NCBI GenBank assembly: GCA_963674745.2
Contig: CAXXDV010000003.1
Location: 1,024,001 to 1,088,000 of the forward strand
Length of the DNA: 64,000 bases
Direction: 5' to 3'
Source: Desulfosudaceae bacterium
Lineage (GTDB): Bacteria > Desulfobacterota > Desulfobacteria > Desulfobacterales > Desulfosudaceae
Part shown: positions 10,724 through 20,702 of the stretch, piece after piece
Layout: each line of letters opens with the position of its first letter
Position numbering within the stretch: the stretch's first letter is position 1
The notes under the pieces: generated by a model
Told to the model about the DNA's origin: nothing
Databases searched by the model: none
Seen by the model: the letters and a program-made list of their open reading frames with translations, nothing else
Translations under genes and position numbers: made by a program

Positions 10724-11679
10724 ACTTGTCCTTGTTTGAGCTGCCAAAAACCTACAAATTTCTTGTTATGGCCGTTTTGATCTTTATGTCCGCCTATCTG
10801 GCCTATTATTACCACCGGGTGCTGGGTACCGGGACGGTGTTTACACACTTTTATTACCTGCCGATTGTACTGGCCTGTATCTGGTGGAAGAAAAGAGGAC
10901 TGATGGTGATTGCGTTGCTTTCCCTGGTCCTTCTGGGAAGTGACCACATTTTTCGGGGTAGTGAAGGCTATGCCAACAATTTCATGCGCATTCTGATATT
11001 TTTCCTGGTTGCCTTTGTAAGCATACTGCTCAGCGAGGGTATTGAAAAAGCACAGGAAAGAGCCAATGAAAACAAACTCTGGTATCAGACCATTTTTTAT
11101 AATGCCGGCACCGCTATAGCGATTCTGGAAAAAGACGCTGAAATTGATTTGGTCAACGTGGAGTTTGAAAAATTGACCGAATATTCAATGGAAGAACTGG
11201 GGACGAACAGAAGCCTGTTCACCATGTTGGCGGATAAACACATGCATAAAGCAAGAAATTATTACTACTATGTCCGTAAAGAGAAATTTTACGGGGCCGG
11301 ATACCTGATGGTCAAATTGAATAACAAGACCGGCGGTGTCAAAGATATCCGGCTGACATTTACACTGATCCCGGGCACGAATAAAATCGTAGCCACCATG
11401 GTTGATGTCACCCAGTTAAAGAAAGCCATAGAAGAACAACGGCGCTTGAAGTCCGAACTTTCAGAAACACTGACCAAGGTGCTCAGCGGATATCTGCCGA
11501 TATGTTCCAGATGTAAGAAAATTCGTGAGGATTCCGGTAAATGGCGCCCTGTGGAATCTTATATCCAGGATCGTACGGATGCGGACTTTACCCATACCGT
11601 TTGTCCTGAATGTGCCAAAATCCTTTATCCGGAACTGATTAATGATCTGGATGATGAGGGGCGGGATTTAATCGTTTAA
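10720..11679 (+). CDS. membrane sensor-PAS protein with C-terminal CxxC...HxxCxxC tail
   Basis: about 4 TM; PAS-like YQTIFYNAG..VNVEFEKLTEY; LPICSRCKKIR...FTHTVCPEC. Confidence 0.75.
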   Translation: MNLSLFELPKTYKFLVMAVLIFMSAYLAYYYHRVLGTGTVFTHFYYLPIVLACIWWKKRGLMVIALLSLVLLGSDHIFRGSEGYANNFMRILIFFLVAFVSILLSEGIEKAQERANENKLWYQTIFYNAGTAIAILEKDAEIDLVNVEFEKLTEYSMEELGTNRSLFTMLADKHMHKARNYYYYVRKEKFYGAGYLMVKLNNKTGGVKDIRLTFTLIPGTNKIVATMVDVTQLKKAIEEQRRLKSELSETLTKVLSGYLPICSRCKKIREDSGKWRPVESYIQDRTDADFTHTVCPECAKILYPELINDLDDEGRDLIV

Positions 11680-11725
11680 ACCAATTCCCCGGTGATGCTG
11701 TGAACTTTTACAGTTTGAGTGGTCA

Positions 11726-12118
11726 ATGGATATTGTTATTGATACGTCAGCGTTGATCGCGGTGATTGTGGGCAAGCCCGAACGTAAAAAAATAATCAAT
11801 GTGACAAAAGGGCGCACTTTGATCGGGCCTGGTTCGCTTCCCTGGGAGATTGGTAATGCTTTTTCGGCCATGTTCAAACAGGACCGACTATCCCTTGAGG
11901 AAGCCAAAAAAGGGCTGTCGATTTTTAACAGTATCCCCCTGAGGTTGATTGAGCCGGATTTTGCCATGGTGCTGGAGTTATTAAAACAGTCTGATATTTG
12001 TGCCTATGACGCCTACTTTTTTGATTGCGCTTTAAGATACAAATCACCATTGTTGACGCTTGATCAGCGTTTAAATGCAATCGCCGGGCATTTAAATATT
12101 GAAACCGTGGAGGTTTAA
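11726..12118 (+). CDS. PIN-domain (VapC-like) toxin
   Basis: VIDTSALIA...WEIGNA...AYDAYF...LLTLD PIN acidic residues. Confidence 0.85.
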   Translation: MDIVIDTSALIAVIVGKPERKKIINVTKGRTLIGPGSLPWEIGNAFSAMFKQDRLSLEEAKKGLSIFNSIPLRLIEPDFAMVLELLKQSDICAYDAYFFDCALRYKSPLLTLDQRLNAIAGHLNIETVEV

Positions 12119-12120
12119 AA

Positions 12121-12339
12121 ATGCAGGTTTACACATACTCTAAAGCCCGACAGAAACTGGCGCATCTTCTTGATCTGGCCGAAAAAAACGGGAAAGTCAT
12201 CATCCGACGAAAAGATGGTAGAACGTTTTCCATGGTTCCTGAAAGAATTTCATTTTCACCTTTAGATGTTCCAATGGTTAAAGCCGTAATAACCACGCAG
12301 GAGATCGTTGAGATTGTCAGGGAAGGGCGGCAGCGATAG
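12121..12339 (+). CDS. Phd/YefM-like antitoxin
   Basis: YTYSKARQKLAHLLDLA..GKVIIRRKDG; 2 bp after the toxin. Confidence 0.75.
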   Translation: MQVYTYSKARQKLAHLLDLAEKNGKVIIRRKDGRTFSMVPERISFSPLDVPMVKAVITTQEIVEIVREGRQR

Positions 12340-12342
12340 CGC

Positions 12343-12378
12343 AGGGGCCAAGGATTCCAGGGGTCGAGGGTTCAAGGG
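12343..12378 (+). repeat. imperfect octamer array (AGGATTCA/AGGGGTCG type)
   Basis: same family at 14190-14222, 14310-14342 (inverted) and 46014-46048 (inverted). Confidence 0.65.
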
Positions 12379-12409
12379 CCTTTAGAACTTATTTATAGAC
12401 CCCGTTCTT

Positions 12410-13267
12410 TCATGCAATTACCTGATGAATAATGTTGTTTTTGCCGTTTTCCTTGGCCTGGTACATCAGGTTGTCGGCCGCTTTCAGCATGTCCTCAATG
12501 GAATCCGGTGCCGTTTTGTAGGTGACCACTCCCGAGCTGAAAGTCACCGGCCAGTTGTTTGCCTGCATGGTCGACGTCAGCTTATCACCCAGTTTCCGAA
12601 CAATCCTATGGGCATTTATCTCGTCTGCACCGGAGAACAGTATGCAGAATTCATCACCACCAAATCTGGAAGCCATGTCAATTGCCCGGATATTTCCAAG
12701 AAGCGTTTGGGCCAGTTCCGTAAGCAGCCGATCACCGGCTTGATGGCCGTAACGGTCGTTGACAGATTTAAAATTGTCCACATCCATGCAAAGTATTGTC
12801 AGCGGCAGGCTGAATCTTCCCGCTCGTTTTAACTCCACTTCGGCAAATTCCATAAACGCCCGCCGATTGGCCAGACCGGTAAGGGCATCCGTTCTGGCCA
12901 GTTTCTGCTGCATGTTCAGGGTCTGTCTCAATTCCCATATCAGGAAAACAAAAGCCAGAAAAACGACCAGTCGGAACGTTTCATTGATAAAGGGAACCCG
13001 GGGAGACGAAAAGGTGTGAAGAAATTCGAGATCGGCCATCAGCCAGGCCAGAGCGCTGATCGTTGCGCATATGCACCCTGCTATCAGTCCCCAGACCCAG
13101 GTCATGACCAGGATAGGGAAGAAATAAAAAATGGAAAACGCATACTCCGGTCCGGTCCAGTAACGGATGTAACTGATCGCGCTGATCAGCAACAAGCTTA
13201 GGATAAGCACGCCCGCTTTAACGGAACCTGCCACATATCCCGCCAGGCGTCGGCTCATTGTATGCAT
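12410..13267 (-). CDS. membrane-anchored diguanylate cyclase
   Basis: TM N-term, TDALTGLANRR, DVDNFKSVND, RAID, RFGGDEF; start moved to ATG 13267 (GGAG RBS). Confidence 0.88.
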   Translation of the reverse strand: MHTMSRRLAGYVAGSVKAGVLILSLLLISAISYIRYWTGPEYAFSIFYFFPILVMTWVWGLIAGCICATISALAWLMADLEFLHTFSSPRVPFINETFRLVVFLAFVFLIWELRQTLNMQQKLARTDALTGLANRRAFMEFAEVELKRAGRFSLPLTILCMDVDNFKSVNDRYGHQAGDRLLTELAQTLLGNIRAIDMASRFGGDEFCILFSGADEINAHRIVRKLGDKLTSTMQANNWPVTFSSGVVTYKTAPDSIEDMLKAADNLMYQAKENGKNNIIHQVIA

Positions 13268-13364
13268 TTTGCCATCTCCGGGATAAAAGCCGCGATCGGT
13301 ATTGGCCGGAAAGATATCCGTCCCGGATTTATTGTTTTTTCCCGGGACGGATGAACGACTTGTG

Positions 13365-14120
13365 CTATTTTTTGGCCGGCAATTCACCGAACTTCATTAC
13401 AAATGCCTGCCGGACCAGTTCGGCGGCGTCTTTGGCATCAGTGATATAATCCCGATTAATGACCATATCGAATTCACAGGGATGAGCGTCTTTTTTATTA
13501 AAGTTCTTTTTAAAAAAGACCTTCTGCATCTTGTCCTGCTCGTCCAGTTGCCGTGCCGCTTCTTTTTCGGCGACATTCAGAATTTTGGCTACCCGTTTGA
13601 TGCGGTGATCACGGGAGCTGATAAAACGAACTGCCAGGAGATCCTCACGTGGAAGGATCAGGTGCGTTGCCCGGCCCACAAATATTGTCGGGCCTGTTTC
13701 CGCGATTTTCAGGACAGAATCAACCAGGTAGCGCATGTAATCCCCCATGGTGAATGATTTGTCTCCGAACAGCATGGACGCCAGTTCACTCATATGACCC
13801 GGATAGCGCTCATCGAAACCATCGAGCGTCTCCGTCTGCAATAATTTTTCTCCGGCAATGTGCTCCATGATTTCCCGGTCAACGACTTTGTGCCCGGTTT
13901 TTTTTCCGAGTATATCGGCGATTTCAAGGGCACCCACACCAATTTTGCGGGAAAAACAGATATGATGCAGGCGATCCTTTTTGCCGGCCTTTTTTTTGGC
14001 CGCTAACTGTTTTTTCATTTCCCATTCCCGGAGGCATTGATCCACCATGGTAGCCGTGCTAGTCCGCTTTTTGGCGTACATGCCGGGAACGTATCGATTT
14101 TTTTGACGTGAATCAGCCAT
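13365..14120 (-). CDS. cytidylate kinase-like family protein
   Basis: ICFSRKIGVGA, VVDREI, IFVGRAT, FDMVIN. Confidence 0.8.
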   Translation of the reverse strand: MADSRQKNRYVPGMYAKKRTSTATMVDQCLREWEMKKQLAAKKKAGKKDRLHHICFSRKIGVGALEIADILGKKTGHKVVDREIMEHIAGEKLLQTETLDGFDERYPGHMSELASMLFGDKSFTMGDYMRYLVDSVLKIAETGPTIFVGRATHLILPREDLLAVRFISSRDHRIKRVAKILNVAEKEAARQLDEQDKMQKVFFKKNFNKKDAHPCEFDMVINRDYITDAKDAAELVRQAFVMKFGELPAKK

Positions 14121-14189
14121 TTTTCTTTCTCCTTGTTGTTAGTTTCTGGTTATTGATAATCACAAATAATAAGTCCGTATCTGCAAATA

Positions 14190-14342
14190 GGTTCAAGGAT
14201 TCAAGGGGTCAAGGGGCCAGGTGTTTATTATTAAGTATTTTTTTAATATCTTTTGGCCTGTTTCAGTTACGGTTGCCGGCGATTAATTCTCCTTTATTTT
14301 TTGTGTTGTCTTGACCCCTCGACCCTTTGAATCCTTGAACCC
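14190..14342. repeat. inverted pair of octamer arrays flanking an AT-rich core
   Basis: GGTTCAAGGATTCAAGGGGTCAAGG ... CTTGACCCCTCGACCCTTTGAATCCTTGAACC. Confidence 0.65.
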
Positions 14343-14345
14343 TTT

Positions 14346-17048
14346 TTATGATGCCTCTGGCAAACAGTCCGCTTTATCATCACATTCCAATACCAATTCA
14401 TATGTATCCGATCCCGGTACCCGCTGGACGACAAACCCCAACTTCCTACCCAGGGCCATCATTTTGGTGTTGTCCGCCAGCACGAGACCTTTTATCCTTT
14501 CAAAACGGTAAGGCCGGGATACTTCCAGGCAACGCTTCATCAATGCTGCGCCGATTCCTTTGCCGTGGTGCTCATCAGCTACCAGTACTGCAAACTCAGC
14601 CTGTTTCCGGTTGTGTTCCGGGATAACCCTGGCGACACCAAGCAATCGATCCCGGTTGTCCTGTTGCACCACTGCGACCAGAGCGATTTCCCGGTCATAA
14701 TCGATCTGGGTGAATCTGGCCAGCATGTGGTGCGGCAATGTTTTTAGCGGTGAAAAGAACCGGAAATAAATACTCTGTGGTGAAAGTGTGTTAAAAAGTT
14801 CCACCACCAGTGGGGCGTCTTCCGGACGAATGGGCCGAATCAGCAGGTCGCCGATATCAATAAGATTGAGCCGCTGCTCATATCGATTCGGGTAGGGACT
14901 GATCACCAGGTGAAATGGTGCTTTTTCTGTTGAAGAAGAGACCATGATCCGGGCATCCAGGGCAACAGGTGCCTGGTTGACGATAAACAGGGGGTTGATA
15001 TCTATGGCTTCAATTTCCGGAAAATCAATAACCAGCTGAGAAAGACGAATCATCAGTTCTTCCAGCAGGGTGAGATCAGCCGGTGGCCGCCCGCGGTATC
15101 CTTTGAGGATTCCATAAACTTTTGTTTCTTCCATCATGCGCCGGGCCAGTAAACGGTTCAGCGGGGGCAGGGCCAGGGCCTTGTCCTTGTAAATTTCGGT
15201 AAAAATACCGCCCATGCCGAACAATAGCACCGGACCGAAATCTTTGTCTTTCTTGGCCCCGGCAATCAGTTCATAGTCCGGTGAGGGGATATTCTTCTGA
15301 ATCGTAACACCGGTTATCGTCGCCTCAGGATTATACACCCGGCAATTTTCCATGATCTGTTTGTATGCCGACCGCACTTTTTGGGGTGAATCAATATTCA
15401 GAATGACGCCGCCGGCATCGGTTTTATGGGTAATGTCAGGGGAAAAAATTTTCATAACCACCGGAAAGCCGATCTCTTCGGCACGGGAAACGGCATCTGC
15501 TTCATCCACGGCTGCAACCGTCCGGTTGATGCTAATACCATAAGCCGAGAGCATGTCCTTGGCATCAATTTCATTCAGTATACCCGTCGGCTGGCGTAAC
15601 CCTTTTTGAATCAGCGATTCGACCCTTTCTCTGTCAAACTTCAATCGTTTGGGCAGGGCCGGGGGGATCTGCTGGAGCATTTCGATGTTTTTGGAATAAT
15701 GGTATAAATCCATAAAAGCACGGACCGCCCGCTCCGGTGTGTCAAAAGTGCTGATACCGGCCCGATTGAAAAGGTCTCGTCCAGCCTCTACTTCCGCCCC
15801 GCCCATCCAGGCGGTGAAAACCGGCAAATTTCGACCCTGCAAGGTGTCGATCAGCTTTTTTGCAACTTCCGTGGGTTGCGACATGGCCTGGGGCGAGAAC
15901 ATGATCAGCAGCCCGTTGACTTCTCTGGCTTTTACCAGAATATCGACAACCTGCCGGAATTTTTCAGGCGAGGCGTCACCCAGGATGTCAACCGGGTTGG
16001 ACCGGCTCCAGTGAGGCGGCAGAAGTGCGTCCAGTTGCTGCAGGGTATCCGGCTGCAATTTTACCGGCTCAACACCGTAGTCGGTCATGGAATCTGCCGC
16101 CATGACACCCGGTCCGCCGGCGTTGGTCACAATGGCCAGCCCGGGCCCCTGAATCTGCGGCTGTTTGGCCAGCAATTCAGCACAATCAAATAGTTCCTGA
16201 AACGTTTTGACCCGGATGATACCGGCCCGTTTGAGTGCGACGTCGTAAACCGCGTCCTCGCTGGCCAGGGCGCCTGTGTGTGAGGCCGCGGCCATGGCCC
16301 CGGCTTTTGTTCGACCGGACTTTAAGGCAATGATCGGTTTGACCCGGGAGACCCCCCGGGCGGCACTCATAAAATTTCTGACATGGGTCAGGTTTTCAAT
16401 ATACATGACGATGCTGCTGACCTCGGGGTCTGCGCCTAAATAGTCGATCACATCCCCGAAGTCCACGTCCAGCATTGATCCGAGGCTGACAAAATAACTG
16501 AAACCGATGTGTTCTTTAAGGGAGAAATCCAGGATGGAAGTGCAGATGGCGCCGCTTTGAGAGATAAAGGCCATTTTGCCCTGTTTGGGCATCTGGTTCG
16601 CAAAACTGGCGTTTAAACCGTTTTTTACCGACATGATGCCAAGGCAATTCGGTCCGATAACCCGAAATTGATCAGAAGTGCCGGCGGATTCAATTATGGC
16701 CGCTTCAATCTCCGCCCCGGCCGTCCCGACTTCCTTGCCACCGGCTGAAATTACGACGGCACCACCGCAACCCGATTCCCGGCACTGTTTGACAATTGCC
16801 GGAACCGTTCTGATGGGCGTGGCAATAACAACAAGATCCGCGGGCTGCGGCAGTTGCTCGATCGACTTGTAGCTTTTCCGGTCCCACAGCTTTCGATGGC
16901 CGGGGTTGATCGGGTAAATGGTTCCGGGAAAACCGCCCATAACCAGGTTTCTCATCACGGCCGTTCCGATACTGTCCTGCTTTTCACTGGCGCCCACGAC
17001 AGCTACGGAACCCGGGTTGAAAATTTTTTCCAGATGATAAATGCTCAT
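14346..17048 (-). CDS. ADP-forming acyl-CoA synthetase alpha/beta - GNAT acetyltransferase fusion (Pat-like)
   Basis: SVAVVGAS, IGPNCLG, SQSGA, SHTGALA, NAGGPG, HKTDAGGV; GNAT IRPIRPED..HGKGIG. Confidence 0.9.
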   Translation of the reverse strand: MSIYHLEKIFNPGSVAVVGASEKQDSIGTAVMRNLVMGGFPGTIYPINPGHRKLWDRKSYKSIEQLPQPADLVVIATPIRTVPAIVKQCRESGCGGAVVISAGGKEVGTAGAEIEAAIIESAGTSDQFRVIGPNCLGIMSVKNGLNASFANQMPKQGKMAFISQSGAICTSILDFSLKEHIGFSYFVSLGSMLDVDFGDVIDYLGADPEVSSIVMYIENLTHVRNFMSAARGVSRVKPIIALKSGRTKAGAMAAASHTGALASEDAVYDVALKRAGIIRVKTFQELFDCAELLAKQPQIQGPGLAIVTNAGGPGVMAADSMTDYGVEPVKLQPDTLQQLDALLPPHWSRSNPVDILGDASPEKFRQVVDILVKAREVNGLLIMFSPQAMSQPTEVAKKLIDTLQGRNLPVFTAWMGGAEVEAGRDLFNRAGISTFDTPERAVRAFMDLYHYSKNIEMLQQIPPALPKRLKFDRERVESLIQKGLRQPTGILNEIDAKDMLSAYGISINRTVAAVDEADAVSRAEEIGFPVVMKIFSPDITHKTDAGGVILNIDSPQKVRSAYKQIMENCRVYNPEATITGVTIQKNIPSPDYELIAGAKKDKDFGPVLLFGMGGIFTEIYKDKALALPPLNRLLARRMMEETKVYGILKGYRGRPPADLTLLEELMIRLSQLVIDFPEIEAIDINPLFIVNQAPVALDARIMVSSSTEKAPFHLVISPYPNRYEQRLNLIDIGDLLIRPIRPEDAPLVVELFNTLSPQSIYFRFFSPLKTLPHHMLARFTQIDYDREIALVAVVQQDNRDRLLGVARVIPEHNRKQAEFAVLVADEHHGKGIGAALMKRCLEVSRPYRFERIKGLVLADNTKMMALGRKLGFVVQRVPGSDTYELVLECDDKADCLPEAS

Positions 17049-17082
17049 GTCTTATCCTGATGTTTTATGAAATATTTTCGGG

Positions 17083-18006
17083 CTAAACGACCCATACGGT
17101 AAAATCCCTGCCGCTGTGAATCACCTTGTAACTGACCCGACCCATGAAGAAGTCCTGTACACGGGAAATACCTTTGCGACCGATAACGATGGTGCCAAAC
17201 TCTCCGGATTCAGCTTCCCGGACGATCTCTTCGGCCCGGCTTTCCACACCGTTTAAAACCTTGCCTGATACCTTCTCTTCATCAAAGCCGGCTTTGATGA
17301 GTTTTTTCTTCAGCTCTTCAATCTTACGCATGACTTCTTCCTGAATCAGCGTCATGACTTCGGCCGGCATATAGTCCGGACTTACCGGGTTCAGTGCGCC
17401 TCCGCAGCGAATAGCGTGAAACAGTTCAGCGGAATAATCATACTGGCCGAAATATTTGCCGATAAAATTAACGGCCTGGGCAGATGAGGGTGACCCGTCA
17501 ACCGCGATCAGGACTTTGTTGTTATGTGGTCGCCTGCCGGCAAGAAGAATAGGGACGTCCGGAAATTTGGATAATAATTTGCTTGAAACACTTCCCAGGG
17601 TGATGCTTTTGATTGTGCCCATACCCCGTCGTCTCAGAATGACAGCATCATACCCCCCGGCTGCTTCGTCCAGTATATCCCGGGCGATACCTTTTTCCCG
17701 TTTGTGAATTTTAATCTTAATGTCTTTTTCAGAAAAACCGGCTTCAACCAGTCTGGATTTGGCTTCCTGCATGAAGGCCTCAATGGCTTCCAGTTTTTCT
17801 TTTTTCCAGGCCTCGAATCCTTTTAAGGCGTTCGGACGTGTCGGATCATTGTCCATATCCCAGTAGCATTCGGGTATTTCGCTGTATACGTGGTAAAGTA
17901 CGATTTTGTTTCTTTTGAATGTTTCCACGTCAGTGATATACCCGATCGTAAGTTTGGATCGATCGGAACCATCGATTAACACCAGAATTTTTTTGTTTTT
18001 ACCCAT
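17083..18006 (-). CDS. tandem universal stress protein
   Basis: two USP units (IDGS...RRGM..LGSVS; VDGS...GRKG..MGRVS). Confidence 0.9.
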   Translation of the reverse strand: MGKNKKILVLIDGSDRSKLTIGYITDVETFKRNKIVLYHVYSEIPECYWDMDNDPTRPNALKGFEAWKKEKLEAIEAFMQEAKSRLVEAGFSEKDIKIKIHKREKGIARDILDEAAGGYDAVILRRRGMGTIKSITLGSVSSKLLSKFPDVPILLAGRRPHNNKVLIAVDGSPSSAQAVNFIGKYFGQYDYSAELFHAIRCGGALNPVSPDYMPAEVMTLIQEEVMRKIEELKKKLIKAGFDEEKVSGKVLNGVESRAEEIVREAESGEFGTIVIGRKGISRVQDFFMGRVSYKVIHSGRDFTVWVV

Positions 18007-18110
18007 GACTTTTCTCCTTGCCGGTTTGTTTTTGGCCTATTTTGCTGTTGCCGGTTTGACCTGAATCAACCGGATAAACGCTATTGCCGGATCAGTCGTA
18101 ATGCTCGGCA

Positions 18111-18440
18111 TCAATACGCATGAGGTTGACCGAACCCGCATTCACTATCCGGCATAACGTTAACCACCTCCTGATGCATTTTGTCCATAAAGCTTCCTGT
18201 GATTTTCAACTGGTGCGGACGCAGTCGGGATATTCTGATGTTTTTAGTAAACACCATACTTCCGAAAGCCGATATTGACGTCAGGCCACAGGTATGGACA
18301 AAAATACGTTTAAACCATCTTGCATTTTCCTGGATCATGTTGACCAGTTCCATGGCCGCACCACCGTCAAATTTACCAATCAGCTTCAGATGAAGGTTAT
18401 CGCTGTTTTGATGCCTGATGATTTTAAATTTTGAGGTCAT
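18111..18440 (-). CDS. hypothetical protein (STAS-like)
   Basis: LHLKLIGKFDG...IFVHTCGLTSISAFG; GGAGG RBS; sigma54 site upstream. Confidence 0.6.
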   Translation of the reverse strand: MTSKFKIIRHQNSDNLHLKLIGKFDGGAAMELVNMIQENARWFKRIFVHTCGLTSISAFGSMVFTKNIRISRLRPHQLKITGSFMDKMHQEVVNVMPDSECGFGQPHAY

Positions 18441-18505
18441 AAGATCCTCCCGGTAATGATTATATTCTCTTTTTTATCATTCAGTTTGTCGTTACATTAC
18501 TTAAT

Positions 18506-18521
18506 AGCAAATACAGTGCCA
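18506..18521 (-). promoter_or_regulatory. sigma54 promoter
   Basis: minus strand TGGCACTGTATTTGCT. Confidence 0.75.
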
Positions 18522-18818
18522 GTGTTACGTTTACGGGTTTCATTCTAAACAAAATCGGGGTGGTTATAAGAATATTGTGTGATTAAGTGAGGTTACGTTA
18601 AAATTAAAAGTATATTCCGTTAATCTGATTTCCCTACGCCCCTCCTTCCGGTTATAAATCGTGTATGATGCTCTGAATAATCCGGGTTTGTGCTGAAAAT
18701 CTTTACAAGGTGGAAAGGATTTAAACCGTTTGATTCACAGGTTTTAGCGGCAGAAGAAAGGCTCGATCGAGCAGGGAAAGCAATCAAATTTTCAGAACAG
18801 GCATGACCGAAAATTATT

Positions 18819-18863
18819 AAAAAAAATGCCGCAGACCGTGCCGGATGAGGCGTGGCCTGCGGC
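18819..18863 (-). terminator. probable rho-independent terminator after USP
   Basis: minus strand GCCGCAGGCCACGCC...GGCACGGTCTGCGGC followed by a T-run. Confidence 0.6.
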
Positions 18864-18875
18864 GATCGGGCGTAT

Positions 18876-19808
18876 TTAAATGATCCACACGGCCATTTCT
18901 TTTCCCATGTGCAGTACTTTTCGACTGACCCGGCCCATGATAAATTCCTGAACCCGGGAAAGTCCGCGGCGACCCATGACAATGGTTCCATAACCGCCTT
19001 CACGTGCGGCCTGGATAATACCGCCAGCCCGACTGGCCTTGTCTTCCAGGATCTGTTTGTAAGTCCGACCGGGATGAAATCCGGCATCAATTAATTTCTG
19101 TTCGGCTTTCAGCATGGGGGGGTCAATCCCCTGGCGGGTTTCATCCAGCCACATTTTTTCTTCTTCTGTTCTGAAGACCGTCTGTTCATGAAGAAAGATG
19201 TTCAAAGACCGCACGACATGGCACAGCATGACGTCACGATTGTTTGAGGCCATTAAATCACAGACGGTATCAATGGCTTTAACGGCGCTTTCGGAGCTGT
19301 CAAAACCAATAAGAATTTTTTCGGTTTCCGGACATCCACCGACGACGGCTATGGGCGGGTGGTCGGCGTCGGACAGCAGTTTACTGGTGATGCTCCCCAG
19401 CACGACTTCCTGGATACGGCTGATACCGCACCGTCCGACGATCATGGCGTCATAACCGTTGCGGGATTCGGCCAGGATATCCCGTGCCACCCCCGTTTTT
19501 CGATGATGATAAGTGGATTTGACGGCTTCGGAGGCAAAACCTTCCCCTACAAGGATGGACTCGGCTGTTGCGAAAGTTTCATTGATATGCTTCTTAATGC
19601 TTGCGGCCCAGGCGCTGACAGAGGAAATTTTACTGCTGTAAGCGGCCTCTTTCCCCAGATCCAGAAAAGCTTCGGGAATATCGGTGGCCACGTGAAAAAG
19701 GTTGACCCGCGTGTTTTTTGCCGGAAAAAAGCGGCTGATGTACCGCACCGCGTCCATGGCCTGATCCGACCCGTCAAAGGCCATTAATATGTTCATTTTT
19801 TTACTCAT
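18876..19808 (-). CDS. tandem universal stress protein
   Basis: AFDGS...GRCG..LGSIT; GFDSS...GRRG..MGRVS. Confidence 0.9.
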   Translation of the reverse strand: MSKKMNILMAFDGSDQAMDAVRYISRFFPAKNTRVNLFHVATDIPEAFLDLGKEAAYSSKISSVSAWAASIKKHINETFATAESILVGEGFASEAVKSTYHHRKTGVARDILAESRNGYDAMIVGRCGISRIQEVVLGSITSKLLSDADHPPIAVVGGCPETEKILIGFDSSESAVKAIDTVCDLMASNNRDVMLCHVVRSLNIFLHEQTVFRTEEEKMWLDETRQGIDPPMLKAEQKLIDAGFHPGRTYKQILEDKASRAGGIIQAAREGGYGTIVMGRRGLSRVQEFIMGRVSRKVLHMGKEMAVWII

Positions 19809-19859
19809 GAGAACGCCTCCTTATTTGTTGATACCGGTTTGTCGTTCAATACCTGCGGC

Positions 19860-20639
19860 CTATCTTTCAAGCCATGGCTGATAGTCGTTTTTACGGATAA
19901 TCTGTAACAGGACGTCGTTTTCATGTTCCATATAATCCTGAAGATCCTTGAAATCGAAATTGATCAGTTTTTTAACGCCTGACAGTACCTGCGGAGGGGA
20001 TGTTGCGTATTGCCCCGCCCGTTGCAAGGACACCTCCTCAAGTTGATCAGAGGGGACCACTTCATCAACCAGACCCAGCGTCAATGCCTCTTGAGCGGTT
20101 ATGTCATTGGCGTTCAGCATGATCTGATACGCTTTTTGCCTTCCCAGCATCCGGGGCAGAAAATAACCGCCCCCGCCCTTGGGGGCCATACCCAGTTCAA
20201 TGCAGGGGTTCTGGATAACCGCATTATCGGCCAGGATCCGGTAATCGCAGGCCAGCCCCATATTCAGGTAAGGCATGATCACATAGCCGCTGTTAACATA
20301 GATAACGAACTTATCCAGTTTAACGAGTTTCAACACAAGCTGATTAATAACGTTGTACATGCGGTGCGTGCGAATCATATCCGCCCCGCTGGCCCGCGCC
20401 CGTTTAAAAAAGTCAACAAACTCCTCGCGCCCTTTTGAATCAGGCGCCCCGGAAACGATCAGGACATGAATGTTCCGGCTTCTGCCAATCCGGTCCAGAT
20501 AGTCCAGAACCCGGTCCCGGTTTTCAAGATCGGTGGTACGCAGCAGAAAATCACGGTGAAATCGAAGCGTGGCGATATTATCCTTTAAAGTCGCCTGGAA
20601 CGATTCGTATGAAATATCAAACTCGGATTGATTCTTCAT
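19860..20639 (-). CDS. crotonase (enoyl-CoA hydratase) superfamily protein, catalytic motifs degenerate
   Basis: LACDYRI, LGMAPKGGG, LPRMLG, AQEALTLGLVDEVV; start at MKNQ after AAGGAG. Confidence 0.82.
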   Translation of the reverse strand: MKNQSEFDISYESFQATLKDNIATLRFHRDFLLRTTDLENRDRVLDYLDRIGRSRNIHVLIVSGAPDSKGREEFVDFFKRARASGADMIRTHRMYNVINQLVLKLVKLDKFVIYVNSGYVIMPYLNMGLACDYRILADNAVIQNPCIELGMAPKGGGGYFLPRMLGRQKAYQIMLNANDITAQEALTLGLVDEVVPSDQLEEVSLQRAGQYATSPPQVLSGVKKLINFDFKDLQDYMEHENDVLLQIIRKNDYQPWLER

Positions 20640-20686
20640 GTCGACTCCTTGGCTCAATGATGGTTGCATCGGCTGATTATTGTCTG

Positions 20687-20702
20687 AGCAAGTGCCATGC
20701 CA
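20687..20702 (-). promoter_or_regulatory. sigma54 promoter
   Basis: minus strand TGGCATGGCACTTGCT. Confidence 0.75.
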
